Positions 23,386-33,745 of a DNA stretch of 50,100 bases are shown here, piece by piece. The stretch spans positions 14,551,760-14,601,859 of the forward strand of contig NC_057719.1 of NCBI RefSeq assembly GCF_004010195.1, in the 5' to 3' direction. The stretch is from Chiloscyllium plagiosum (taxonomy: Eukaryota). The translations under genes and the position numbers were made by a program. Each line of letters begins with the position of its first letter. The stretch's first letter is position 1. Under the pieces are notes generated by a model. That model did no database searches. It was not told the DNA's origin and saw nothing but the letters and a program-made list of their open reading frames with translations.

Positions 23386-24844
23386 GCTCACTTTGAGAGT
23401 AAAGGACAGTATTTAAAAGTGCAAACTAGCTATATATGTCATGTCAGTCACACACACTGACACTACTCAGTGTGCCATCAATTGAGATTTTTAACTTTAT
23501 TGCATATTGTTGTCATATTGATGTGTAGGGAGGTAGCATCAAAATTTGAATATTACGTGCCTTAACCAAACACAGGGTCATCACTCATTCTCAGATTCAG
23601 TCCTCATCAAACCGTTACACCAAGGTACATTTTTCTTCCATTTAGTTACCAATTATAACATAAATGTGGAAGCAGGATACATTTTTAAAAATACAATCTT
23701 CATGTTATAAAGGAGGATATGAGCACACATCTACTGAAAAAAAAATTACCGATAATATGATGAAACGAACAGAGAGGGAGGGGTTTGATAGATGAAGAAG
23801 TTGAGCTCTTGACTTCCATTTAATAGGTTGCAAGTTCAAGTCCCAAGGCAACCTTTCATTGGCAATAGCTTGTCTCACTTGGGTAAATTCCATCAGTTCC
23901 TGTCTAAGACACTAATGAAACACATACAACAGACTTCCAGATGGATGGGGAGGATCAGCATGCATGACAGATGATAACCTGCTAGAAATATGGGGTAGAA
24001 TGAATGCCTTCTAGAAAACAAGATCACAAAAATTAAGATTGGCAAGCAATCAGTTACAGAACACAGTGCCAGAAATTAAATCTTTTGACTCTGCAATAGG
24101 AATGAATTTTAAAGTTAGGCTTTATAAGCTTTTTATAATGCTTTACTTTCAATTGTATTACTTGATGGATTTGTGCAATGTTACAACGTGAGCAACGGTA
24201 AAAATAACTTATGCTTGAGTGGCATGATTTTAAATTAGCTCAACCTTAATGAAATTGATTTTAACCTAGAGTGGGTTTCAGGTGGGCAGTGCCACTGCAG
24301 AGAGTTGCCACTTGCCAATGCATGAACTGTGGTAACGGACTAATGTCTGGGTAAGTGGCTCAGCACCAGGTTCCAGAGGGGCGGCTGGGAGGGTGTCTGG
24401 TAAAGGGGAATATTTGGAGGTGGGAATGAACATGGCAAGACTGTGACTTTCATTTTTGGCCCTGGTGGAATCTTCCTGTTGCTCCTGGCCCCACTGAGAA
24501 AAAGAAATTTCGACATTAGCAGTCCGTCTATTCGATCTTCAGACCAGCTGCAGATCTGCTTCTGCCTAGAGCGAAAGGCGCAGAACTTACCCTACTCAGG
24601 CCCCAGTTAAAATTGCACCGAGATCCTATTAATATTTTAAGAGCCCAATCTCACATAATTCCTTAAATTTACAAAAAACTGTTATTCATCTGCCAGCTTC
24701 ATGCAGTAATATTATCAATTTGTATTGCCTGTCCTTCTAGTACCTGCCTTCTGAATCTAAATTTACATCTTCTTTCTTCTTTTCTCTAGATTATTCTGCA
24801 AATTTTCCATTTTTATTGATATTCTGTATTTGTAGATGAGCAAC

Positions 24845-25200
24845 AACTTGCATTTATGTAGTGCCCTTTCTGTCACAAAATCAGTAGAAAAACCTTATGA
24901 ACTTTAGTAATAAGCATTTTTGACATTGAGGCGTAGAAACAGCTATCAGGACAGATGACCGAAAGCTCAGCTAAACAGGTAGGTTTGAGAAGCATCTCAA
25001 GGATGCAGAGGCACAGAGATTATATAGGAAACTCCAAAGCTTTGGCTGAAGACGACTGAAAGTAGTGAAAGGATTAAATGTCAGTGATGTGAAAAACACC
25101 GGAATTGGAAGAGTACAGAGCATTAGGCCAGTGGGCTGGAGGAGTTTACAGACATAAGACAAGCCCATGAAGAAAGATGAAAACATGTTGAGAATTTCTA
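24845..25200 (-). mobile_element. L2-type LINE 3' remnant
   Basis: CAACTTGCATTTATGTAGTGCCCTT is the reverse of an L2-type GGCGCTATATAAATGCAAG end, followed by GGACAGATGACCGAAAGCT..GGTAGGTTT. Confidence 0.6.
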
Positions 25201-25539
25201 GGGATCTGAAACCCTCCAGTTGATTCATACATTGACGTCATGAGATCAGCCATCTCCAGTGTTCACTTGAATCCAAGGTTACATTATCCAAGGTTTTACA
25301 ATACAGCCCAAGTCAATAATCAATGTCAGCACAGTATCAATTTAGTCTACCAGCCTGACAAAGAATATGAGGAACTTCAAACCAACATTCGGCGCCAGAG
25401 TTCATGGTCATCAGTATAGCGCCATGTTGTCAAGCAGATAGCATCCAAACTCAACAGACACGCATTCAACTTGGCTCAGTACTGTTGGGAATACAACGTA
25501 CAGATTGGCTTTCATGCCTAAGGAAAGATATAGCTGGCT

Positions 25540-25990
25540 GAGGCAAAGATTGCAATCAAGATTCGTTAGATTGATTCCTGGCATGAGAAGGATGTTGGGT
25601 TGAGTCAAATGAGCCATGCAAATGGAGTTTAGAAAACTGAAATGCAATTTGATTGAAACATGTAAACTTCTGTGGACCTTACAAGTTAGATGCTGGGAAT
25701 TGTTTTCCTATCTAGAACAAAGGGAACGGTGTTTTGGGATTGAGATGTGGAGAAATGTCTTGGCTTGGAAGGTTGTGAATCTTTGGACTCCACTACCAGA
25801 GAGCTCTGGAAGCTTAGTTGTTGAGTTGATTAAAGACTGAGATCAACAGATTTTCACACCCTGAGGGAAACAAGGGATACAGGAATTGGAAAAACATGTA
25901 CAGTGGAATTTGTGAGTTATTCAAGGTCTTGTGAAATAGTAGCAGAGGAAAAAGGCAGCTGTAAAGCTGACTGCTGCACCTACTTTAGAA
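25540..25990 (+). mobile_element. Old CR1 3' fragment
   Basis: GAGTTTAGAAAACTGAAATGCAATTTGATTGAAACAT and GAGATGTGGAGAAAT..GGTTGTGAATCTTTGG. Confidence 0.7.
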
Positions 25991-26227
25991 GGAGTCCATT
26001 CAATCCATCATGTCTCTGTTAGATTTGCTTCGGAAAGTGGTATTCACGTAGTCCCCTCCCCCAGTCATTTGCTGTAACCCTACAGTTCTTTCCCCACTTC
26101 CCAATTTCAACAGAGTTTCTAACTACTTTTCAGGCGATTCATGATCATAAGGTCCCTCTCATTTGGTTGCCAAATGTGTATTGTATTGTCCTGTGTCACC
26201 ATAGTCTTTCAAAACCACAGGAATGAT

Positions 26228-26417
26228 CTCTCATTAGAGATAGAGACGACTGGTGGTAGTTTAACCTGAGGGCCACCATTCCTCAGGCGAGGGGAGAGTT
26301 GCGAACGACAGTACTTCATGGCAACCTCGGCCAGAGATGGGAATTGAGCCCACACTACTGCTCATCACACTGCTTCGCAAGACAACCATCCAGGCAACTG
26401 AGCTAAACCAAACCCCA
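26228..26417 (-). mobile_element. tRNA-derived SINE (third family)
   Basis: The minus strand starts GGGGTTTGGTTTAGCTCAGTTG (A box), followed by GTGGGCTCAATTCCC (B box). It has an internal hairpin CCTGAGG-N9-CCTCAGG. Confidence 0.75.
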
Positions 26418-26829
26418 GTTGCCAAATGCCTCAAATTTGTACCATCTGATTCATGACCTCGCCCTCTATCCCACTGGAAACCATTTCTCCTTATGCCTCA
26501 TACAACTTTGAACAATTCTATTCATTATTCCTTTAGTTTCGTCTACTTTGAAGGAAACAATATCTTAGCTTCGCTTGTTTATCTACTTAAGAGTCCCTTA
26601 ACCCAGGTACCATTCTGGCAAATCTCCTCCGCAATATTTTCAAGGTCTTGACATCTTTGCTAAAATACAGTTCTTAGAATTGTATGGAATAGTTAGGTTT
26701 CAGTCAATGTCTTATAAAGATTAGCACTGTTTCTTTGCTTACATTTGGGGTAAGTTCTCTAGCACTTTAAGTATAGCAGATGCTTCAGCTAAGCATGTCA
26801 AATTCTACATGACGCAATGTGGTTAACCA

Positions 26830-27285
26830 CAAATTCGACTTGTCTTGGAAGCGGTACAGACAAAGTTCACTAGGATTGGTTAGTGCAATAAGAGGATTTT
26901 CCTACAATGAGAGGATGATTTCACCAGGCCCATACTACTGGGGCTTGGCTGCCTGAGAGGTAATCTGAAAATACATGATAGGATAGACACTGAACGGTTG
27001 TTTCCCCTGTCTGAAGAATAAAGAAAACCTGGGCACAATCTCACATTGAAATGGATGATTTAGGACCAGGAGGATGAGATTCCAGTGGTTGTAAATCTTT
27101 AGAATTGGCTACCCAAAGTATTGTGGATGCTCCACAGCTGAGTATATTCAAGGCTGGTCTCCCTGGGAATCAAAGGACACAGGGAACATAAATAGAGTGC
27201 AGGCAGAAAACAACCACAATCCTATTGAACGTTGGAATAGGCTGGAGGGTCTAAACAATCCACTCCTACTCTATGTTTTATAACA
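26830..27285 (+). mobile_element. Old CR1 3' fragment
   Basis: TTGGAAGCGGTACAGACAAAGTTCACTAGG (LEAVQ..FTR) and a CR1-type 3'UTR. Confidence 0.7.
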
Positions 27286-27361
27286 GAATCTTAGAAGGAG
27301 GCCAGTCAGCCCCTCATGTCTGCACTGGTTCAGACTGAATGTATAATTCATCCAGCTCCAT

Positions 27362-27875
27362 TCATAGAACATAGAACGTTACAACGCAGTACAGGACCTT
27401 CAGCCTTTGATGTTGCTCTGACCTATGAAACCAATCTGAAGCCCATCTAACCAACACTATGCCATTAACATCCATATGTTTCCCCAATGACCATTTAAAT
27501 ACCCTTAAAGTTGGTGAGTCTACTACTGTTGCAGGCAGGGCATTCCACACCCTTATTAGTCTCTGAGTAAAGAACCTACCTCTGACATCTGTCCGATATC
27601 TATCATCCCTCAATTTAAAACTATGTTCCCTCGTGCTAGCATCACCATCCAAGGAAAAGGCTCTCCCTGTCCACCCTATCTAACCCTCTGATTATCTTGT
27701 ATGTCTCTATTAAGTCACCTCTCAACCTTCTTCTCTCTAACAAAAACAGCCTCAAGTCCCTCAGCCTTTCTTCATAAGACCTTCGCTCCATACCAGGCAA
27801 CAACCTGGTAAATATCCTCCACAACCTTAGCAGTACTTTCACAACCTTCCTATAATGCGGTGACCAGAACTGTAC
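27362..27875 (-). mobile_element. Young CR1 3' fragment (same subfamily as 214-1850)
   Basis: VQFWSPHYRK...ERRRLRGDLIETYKIIRGLDRVDRESLF, with tail CATAGAACATAGAAC. Confidence 0.95.
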
Positions 27876-28068
27876 GTTATTCTCCTGATGTCTAACTCTG
27901 CGCATTCATCCCTTCCAGATAACATGAAGATATGCGTTAGGAGGAGTGGGGTTCTCAGCTCTCAGATCTGCACTGTCATTCAATAAAGTCATTGCTGATC
28001 TGATGTCTCTTTACATTATCGCCTACTCCTAAAAACACTTCACCCCCACTTTCCTAACAAGAATCTAT

Positions 28069-28229
28069 CTATTAAACAAAACAGAACTGAAAGATCTGAG
28101 GATGCTGTAAATCAGAAACAAAAACAGAAATTGCTGGAAAAGCTCAGCAGGTCTGGCAGTGTCTGTGGAGTGAAATCAGAGTTAATGTAGTGCTGAGGAA
28201 GGATCATACGACCTGACATGTTAACCCTG
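28069..28229. mobile_element. PLE-terminus mini-element, family D, with short inverted part and 10-bp TSD
   Basis: A minus-oriented terminus (GATGCTGTAAATCAGAAAC..TTGCTGGAAAAGCTCAGCAGGTCTGGCAG) is followed by plus-oriented CTGAGGA-A-GGATC..GACCT-GACA-TGTT. TSD: AAGAATCTAT at 28059-28068 and 28230-28239. Confidence 0.75.
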
Positions 28230-28357
28230 AAGAATCTATTGATCTCTGATTTGAGAAATATTCAAAGACTCTGTTTCCATCAGCTTTTGAAGAAGAGAGC
28301 TCCAAGTTCCTAAAACTCACTGTCCTCTCTATCTTAAATGAGTAACCCCTGACTTGA

Positions 28358-28564
28358 TAAAAACAAGTGTTGGAAAGCAGAGTCTAGATTAGAGTGGTGC
28401 CGGAAAAGAACAGCAGGTCAGGCAGCATCCAAGGAGCAGGAAAATCAACGTTTCAGACAAAAGCCCTTCATCAGGAATGATGAAGGGCTTTTGCCCAAAA
28501 CATTGATTTTCATGCTCCTTGGATGCTGCCTGACCTGCTGTGCTTTTCCAGCACCACTTTAATC
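28358..28564. mobile_element. Fold-back PLE-terminus mini-element, family B, with back-to-back hammerhead motifs and 15-bp TSD
   Basis: Arms at 28385-28473 and 28478-28566 surround a GGAA spacer. TSD: TAACCCCTGACTTGA (28343-28357) and TAACCCCTGATTTGA (28565-28579). Confidence 0.92.
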
Positions 28565-28588
28565 TAACCCCTGATTTGAATACAGTGA

Positions 28589-28712
28589 TGAAGGGCTTTT
28601 GCTCGAAACATCGAGTCTCCTGCTCCTCAGATGCTGCCTGACCTGCTATGCTTTTCTGTCATTACTCTTATCTTGACTCTAATCTCCAGCGTCTGCAGTC
28701 TTCGCTTTTGCC
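28589..28712 (+). mobile_element. Single-arm PLE-terminus mini-element, family B, with perfect 13-bp TSD
   Basis: TGAAGGGCTTTTGCTCGAAACATCGA...CTCCAGCGTCTGCAGTC. TSD: TTGAATACAGTGA at 28576-28588 and 28713-28725. Confidence 0.9.
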
Positions 28713-28945
28713 TTGAATACAGTGACTGCTAATTCTAGATTCTCCCACAAGAATCTCGAATCCTTTCAGTATGCACCTGATTGAGACTGTTCAGCATCTT
28801 TTATGTATAATCATGTTGTCTCTTACTTTTCTAAACCCTAGCAGATGCAAGCCTAGCCTGAGCAACGTTTCCTCATAGGGCAATCCACCCAGTCTTGGTA
28901 AGAATCCATTAAAACCTTTCTGACCTGCTTCCAACATATTTACAT

Positions 28946-29045
28946 ATGTACACCCACCCCCAGTCCTGAAGAAGGGTTACACCCGAAACATTGACTTCTC
29001 CACCTCCTGATGCTGCCTGGCTTGCTGGGTTCTTCCTGCTTGCCA
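28946..29045 (+). mobile_element. PLE-terminus mini-element, family C, with perfect 16-bp TSD
   Basis: TSD: TCCAACATATTTACAT at 28930-28945 and 29046-29061. It is homologous to the terminus of the PLE at 32935-33560. Confidence 0.9.
28962..28996 (+). ncRNA. Minimal type I hammerhead motif, family C
   Basis: AGTC-CTGAAGA-A-GGGT-tac-ACCC-GAAA-CATT-GACT. Stems I and II are perfect 4-bp stems; stem III has a CG-to-CA change. Confidence 0.8.
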
Positions 29046-29104
29046 TCCAACATATTTACATCGTTCATTAAATTTCCTTGGTTCGTCAATGCAGGGTGAC
29101 AATA

Positions 29105-29460
29105 GCATAAGGGGCATTCTGACTATGATATCGATCTCGTGATCCCAGATTATTTTCAGGGAACCTGAGCTCAAATCCTGCCATGGGAGATCCTATTCAA
29201 TAAAGGGGGAATAATCTGGAGTTAAGATTATAATGATGACCATGAAAATATTGTGACCACTGGGGGAACCCCCACTTGGTTCACTAAGACGTTTTAGGGG
29301 AGGAAACTAACATGGACTGGCCTACATGTGACTCCAGACCCACAGCAATGTGGTTGACTCTTGACTGCCCTCTGGCCAACTAGGAATGCTAATAAATAAA
29401 CAAATGCTACCTTAGCCAGCAACACCCGCATCCTGTGACAGAATGTTAAACAAAAAAGTG
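29105..29460 (+). mobile_element. Shark SINE, family 2
   Basis: GAGCTCAAATCCTGCCATGG..TGATGACCATGAAA..TGGTTCACTAA..GGCCTACATGTGACTCCAGACCCACAGCAATGTGGTTGACTCTT..AGCCAGCAACACCCGCATCC. Confidence 0.85.
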
Positions 29461-30899
29461 AAAAATACGTCAAGCCTGAAGAAAGTCAGTTTATTTCCCT
29501 TCATCAGTGCTGAGAAATGTGATGGCTCTTATCCAATACATGAGTGATCTTGTGTGAAGGAGTTGTCCTGCAAATGAGTGAAAGCGACAAAAACAGGAAT
29601 TGCTGGAGAAACTCAGCAGGCCTGGCAGTATAAGGCCTTAAGATTTAGGAGCAGAACTGGCCCATCAGGTCTGATCTATCATTCAATCATGTTTCTCAAC
29701 CCCATTCTCCTGCCTTCTCCCTATCACCCTTGATCCTTTTATCAATCAAGAACTTATCTATCTTTGTCTTAAATACACTCAGTGGCTTGGTCTCTACAGC
29801 TTTGTGTGGTAATGAGTTCCACAGACTCACCACACTCTGGCTGAAGAAATTTCCCCCTCATCTCAGCTCGAAAGGGTTGTCCCTTCACTCTGGGGCTGCG
29901 CCCTCTGGTCCTAGTCTCTCCTACTAATTGAAATGCCTTCTCCGTGTTGGCTCTATCCAGGCCTCTCAGTATTCTGTAAGTTTCAAAGAGATTCCCCCCT
30001 CACCCTTCTAAACTCCATTGAGTACAGACCCAGAGTCCACAATCGCTCCACATATGACTAGCTTTTCATTCCCAGGAAAATTCTTGTAATCTTCCGTTAG
30101 ACCCCCACAACTGCAGCACATCCTTCCTTAGATATGGGACCAAAACTGCTCACAAGATTCCAGATGCAGTCAGAACAGATATTTGTACAGCCTCAGCAGT
30201 ACATCCCCCTGTTCTTGTATTTCACCCCGCTTGAAACAAATCCTAACATTGCATTTGCCTTCCTAACTGCCAAACGAACTTGTGCGTTAATCTGAAGAGA
30301 AACCCTGAATGAGGACTCCCAAATTCCTTCATGCTTCAGACTTCTGAAACCTTTCCCCATTTATAAGACAGTGTATGCCTCTTCTTCCTACTAAAGTGCA
30401 TAACCTCACACTTTCCCACATTGTATTCCATCTGTCACTTCTTCGCCCACTCACCTAGCCTGTCCAAGTCTTTCTGTAGCCTCCCTGCTTCCTCAGTACT
30501 ACCTATCTTTGTGTCATCTGAAAACTTAGCAACAATGCCCTCAGTTCCTTCATCCAGATCGTTAATGAAAACGTGAATAGTTGTGGTCCGAACAACGACT
30601 CCTGTGGAATTCTACTAGTCACCAGTTACTATCTAAGGCCTGCTTTCTGTCATTCCTCTATCCATGCAAGTACCTTGCCCCTAACACCATTGGCTCTATT
30701 GTTATTTAGCAACTTCCTATATAGCACCTTATCAAAGCCCTTCTAGAAACTGAAATAGATCAAGTCCTCTGGCTCTCCTGTTTTTAACTTGTTTATTATC
30801 TTGTCAAAGAATTCTAACAGATTTGTCAGGTGTGATCTCCCCTAGATGAAACCATGCTGACTCTGTCCTATTTTACAATATTGTCCACAATCTCAACCT

Positions 30900-31105
30900 T
30901 AATAATCAAAGAACAAAGAACATTACAGCACAGGATAATAATCAAAGAACAAAGAACATTACAGCACAGGAACAGGCCCTTTGGCCTACCAGGTCTGCGC
31001 TGATCCAGATCCTCTATCTAAACCTGCCGCCTATTTTCTAAGGATCTGTATCCCTCTGCTCCCTGACCATTCATGTATCTGTCTAGATACAGCTTAAATT
31101 GACTA
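30900..31105 (-). mobile_element. Short CR1 3' end nested in CR1, with a perfect 36-bp tandem duplication at its tail junction
   Basis: TAATAATCAAAGAACAAAGAACATTACAGCACAGGA occurs at 30900-30935 and 30936-30971. Confidence 0.88.
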
Positions 31106-31792
31106 TGTAATCTTATTAATGACTGAGGTCAGGCTAATCAGCCTATAGATTCCTGCCTTCTGCCTCTTTCTCTTCTTAAATAGGAGTGTTACAGGAGCTC
31201 TTTTCTCCCCAGCCCTCTGGCACCCTCCTTGACTCCAGTGATTCGTGAAAGATCACCAGCAATGCCCTTACAATCTCCTCAGCTATCGTCTTCAGGACTC
31301 TGGGGTGTAGTCCATTTGGTCAAGGTGAATTATCCACCTTCAGACCTTTCAGCTTCCCCAGCACCTTCTCCTTAGTGATGACCACAACATTTACCTCTGA
31401 CTCCTGATACTCATGAAGTTCTGGGATGTTGCTACTCTCTTCCACCATGATGACTGAGGCAAAGTACCTATTCAGTTCGTCTGCCATTTCTTTGTTTCCT
31501 ATCACTACTTCTAGTACCTCATTTTCCAGCAGTCCAATGTCCATTACTGCCTCTCTCTTACCTCCTGATATCTAAACAAAAACTTACAATTATTTTTATA
31601 TTACTAACGAGCTTATTCTCAAATTTCATCTTCTTCCCCCTTATTGCTTCTTGCAATATCCTCTGCTGGTTTTGAAAGGCTTCCTAATCTTCTCGTTTTT
31701 CACTAATCTTCACCACATTGGATGACTTTTCTTTTGCTCTTATGCTGTCCTTGACTTCCCTTATCAGTCACGGTTGCCTCGTCCTCTCCTTA

Positions 31793-31937
31793 TTCTGGAT
31801 CAATGGTGCTGGAAGAGCACAGCAATTCAGGCAGCATCGAGGAGCTCAATGCTGCCTGAATTGCTGTGCTCTTCCAGCACCATTGATCCAGAATCTGGTT
31901 TCCATCATCTGCAGTCATTGTTTTTACCTCATTTTTA
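31793..31937 (+). mobile_element. Fold-back PLE-terminus mini-element (B-related) with perfect 46-bp arms and 16-bp TSD
   Basis: 31792-31837 is the exact reverse complement of 31849-31894. TSD: CCTCGTCCTCTCCTTA (31777-31792) and CCTCATCCTCTCTTTA (31938-31953). Confidence 0.92.
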
Positions 31938-32334
31938 CCTCATCCTCTCTTTAGTATGTTTCTTCCTTCTTGATAGGAATTTCTGTTGTGCCTCTCGAAT
32001 TACCCCCAGAAACTCCTGGCATTGTTGCTTCACTGTCTTCCCTGCTAGGCTCGCCTTCCAACCAACTCTGACTAGTTCCTCCCTCATGTCTTTGTAGTTT
32101 CCTTTACTCAGTTGTAACACCATTACATCTGATTCCAGCTTCTCCCTCTTAGACTGCAGGGTGAATTCTATCATACCATGGTCACTGCTCCCTAGGGATT
32201 CCTCCACCTTAAGCTCCCTGATCAAATCTGCCTCATTACACATCATCCAATCCTGAATTGCCTGTGCCTGAGTGGGATCTGCCACAAACTTCTCCTATTC
32301 AGCCTCTCCCATTAGCTCAAGCCCCCCAACCCTG

Positions 32335-32427
32335 ATTCCTGATGAAGGGCTTATGCCCGAAACGTTGATTCTCCTGCTCCTCAGATGCTGCCTGACTGGC
32401 TGTGCTTTTCCAGCACCACACTCTTGA
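32335..32427 (+). mobile_element. Single-arm PLE-terminus mini-element, family B, with 11-bp TSD
   Basis: TSD: CCCCAACCCTG at 32324-32334 and 32428-32438. Confidence 0.9.
32337..32368 (+). ncRNA. Minimal type I hammerhead ribozyme motif with intact core, family B
   Basis: tc-CTGATGA-A-GGGC-ttat-GCCC-GAAA-CGTT-ga. Stem III is the loopless palindrome AACGTT. Confidence 0.85.
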
Positions 32428-32759
32428 CCCCAACCCTGGCAACATCCTTGTAAATCCTTTCTGAACCTTTTCAAGTTTCACAACATCATTCCAGTAGGAG
32501 GGAAGCAAGAACTGCACGCAAAATTCGAAAAGTGGCCAAACCAATGTCCTGTACAGCCGCAACGTCACCTCCCAACATCTCACATAAACAAGCTGAAAAA
32601 AGTCTTCAACCTATTGGCAATTACAAAGACTGAGGCCCATGTACACCTGACCTCCTGGTCCCTAACCTGTCTCAATCACAGTCACACCATCGTTTCTGTG
32701 ACCAGAGATCTAATTAGAATATTCGAAGGAGTTGTGACACCCTGCGAACAATGAGATGA

Positions 32760-33745
32760 CGACCCAGTGGTATTGTTACTGGACCACTACTGCAGACACC
32801 CAAGTAATATTCCACAGACCCAGGTTCAAATCCCCCATGGCAGTTAGTGGAATTTGAATTTAATAAAACCCTGGAATTCAGAGTTTAATGATGACCATGA
32901 AATCATTGCTAATTGTTGGGGAAAAATACACTAACAGGAGGTGGGAAGAACATAGCAAGGCAGACAGCATCAGGAGGTGGAGAAGTCAACATTTCAGGAG
33001 TAACTGTTCTTCAGGACTGGGGCTGGAGTAAGAAGAGCTCAAGATAAAGAGGGGGTGGCGGAGGGTTTTGGGTGGGGAGAGGGGCAGCATGGTAAAGTAG
33101 TGATAGGTAAACACAGGTAGAGGGTACGGCCTGCTTTATTGATGGGAGGAATGAATCCATTTGGTGGCTGGAAGGGTTAATAAGTAGAATGAAAGGGAGG
33201 AGGAGGGGCTGGACAGGGAGTCAGGTGGATAGGAAGGGAGGTTATTTGAAACTGGAAGTTTTCCAGGCGGAAGATGAGGTGTTGTACCTCAGTGAGTCGT
33301 TCCCTAAGTTTACGTTTGGTCTCACTGATGTAGAGAAGACCACATTGGAAGCACCGGATACAGTAAACTCAGTTGGAGGAGAGGTAGGTGAACCTCTATC
33401 TCACCTGGAAGGACTGTTTGGGGCCCTGGATGGAGATAAGGGGGGTGGTGTGCTGGCAGGTTTTGTACCTTTTACAGTTGCAGGGGAAGGAACCCGGGGC
33501 TTCAGCAGGGAGTATGGCATGAACCAAGGAATGATGAAGGGAGCGGTCCTTGCAGAAGGCAGAAACACCCACCAGCTACACTTATGTTCTTTCAGGAAGG
33601 AAGCTACTGTCAGGTCTTCACATGACTCCAGACCCACAGGATTATGGTTGATTCTTAACAGTATTTAACTTAACAATTAGGGATGGGAAATTAATGCTGG
33701 TCTGGTCAGTGACACCCACGTCCGAAGAACAAAAATGAAAAAACT
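32760..33745 (+). mobile_element. Shark SINE, family 2, split by a PLE (pieces about 32760-32930 and 33565-33745)
   Basis: Head: CAGTGGTATTGTTACTGGAC..CCCAGGTTCAAATCCC..GGAATTTGAATTT. Tail: ACATGACTCCAGACCCACAG..CAATTAGGGATGGGAAATTAATGCTGG. Confidence 0.85.
32935..33560 (-). mobile_element. Penelope-like element 3' fragment with GIY-YIG pseudo-ORF and family C hammerhead terminus
   Basis: The minus strand encodes IQGPKQSFQVR..FTYLSPN.VYCIRCFQCGLLYISETKRKLR. The hammerhead remnant AGTC-CTGAAGA...GAAA-TGTT-GACT lies at 32984-33018. Confidence 0.9.

Larger units (their letters stand above)
27930..29075 (-). mobile_element. Old CR1 3' fragment hosting four PLE-terminus insertions
   Basis: The CR1 reverse-strand sequence is contiguous once the TSD-bounded inserts are removed. 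Confidence 0.7.
29630..32290 (-). mobile_element. Long CR1 LINE fragment (late endonuclease through RT to 3' end), decayed
   Basis: Minus-strand ORF remnants include LIRELKVEESLGSSDHGMIEF, KEMADELNRYFASV and KLKGLKVDNSP. RT motifs are on the reverse strand and the 3' end is near 29630. Confidence 0.92.
32290..32580 (-). mobile_element. CR1 ORF2 C-terminal fragment
   Basis: LRLYRTLVWPLFEFCVQFLLPSYWNDVVKLEKVQKGFTRMLPGL. Confidence 0.9.

Noticed and set aside
25385..25425. CTGATGA on the minus strand as another hammerhead or a C/D snoRNA
   Set aside because: No GAAA follows a stem II and there is no convincing terminal stem or box pairing.
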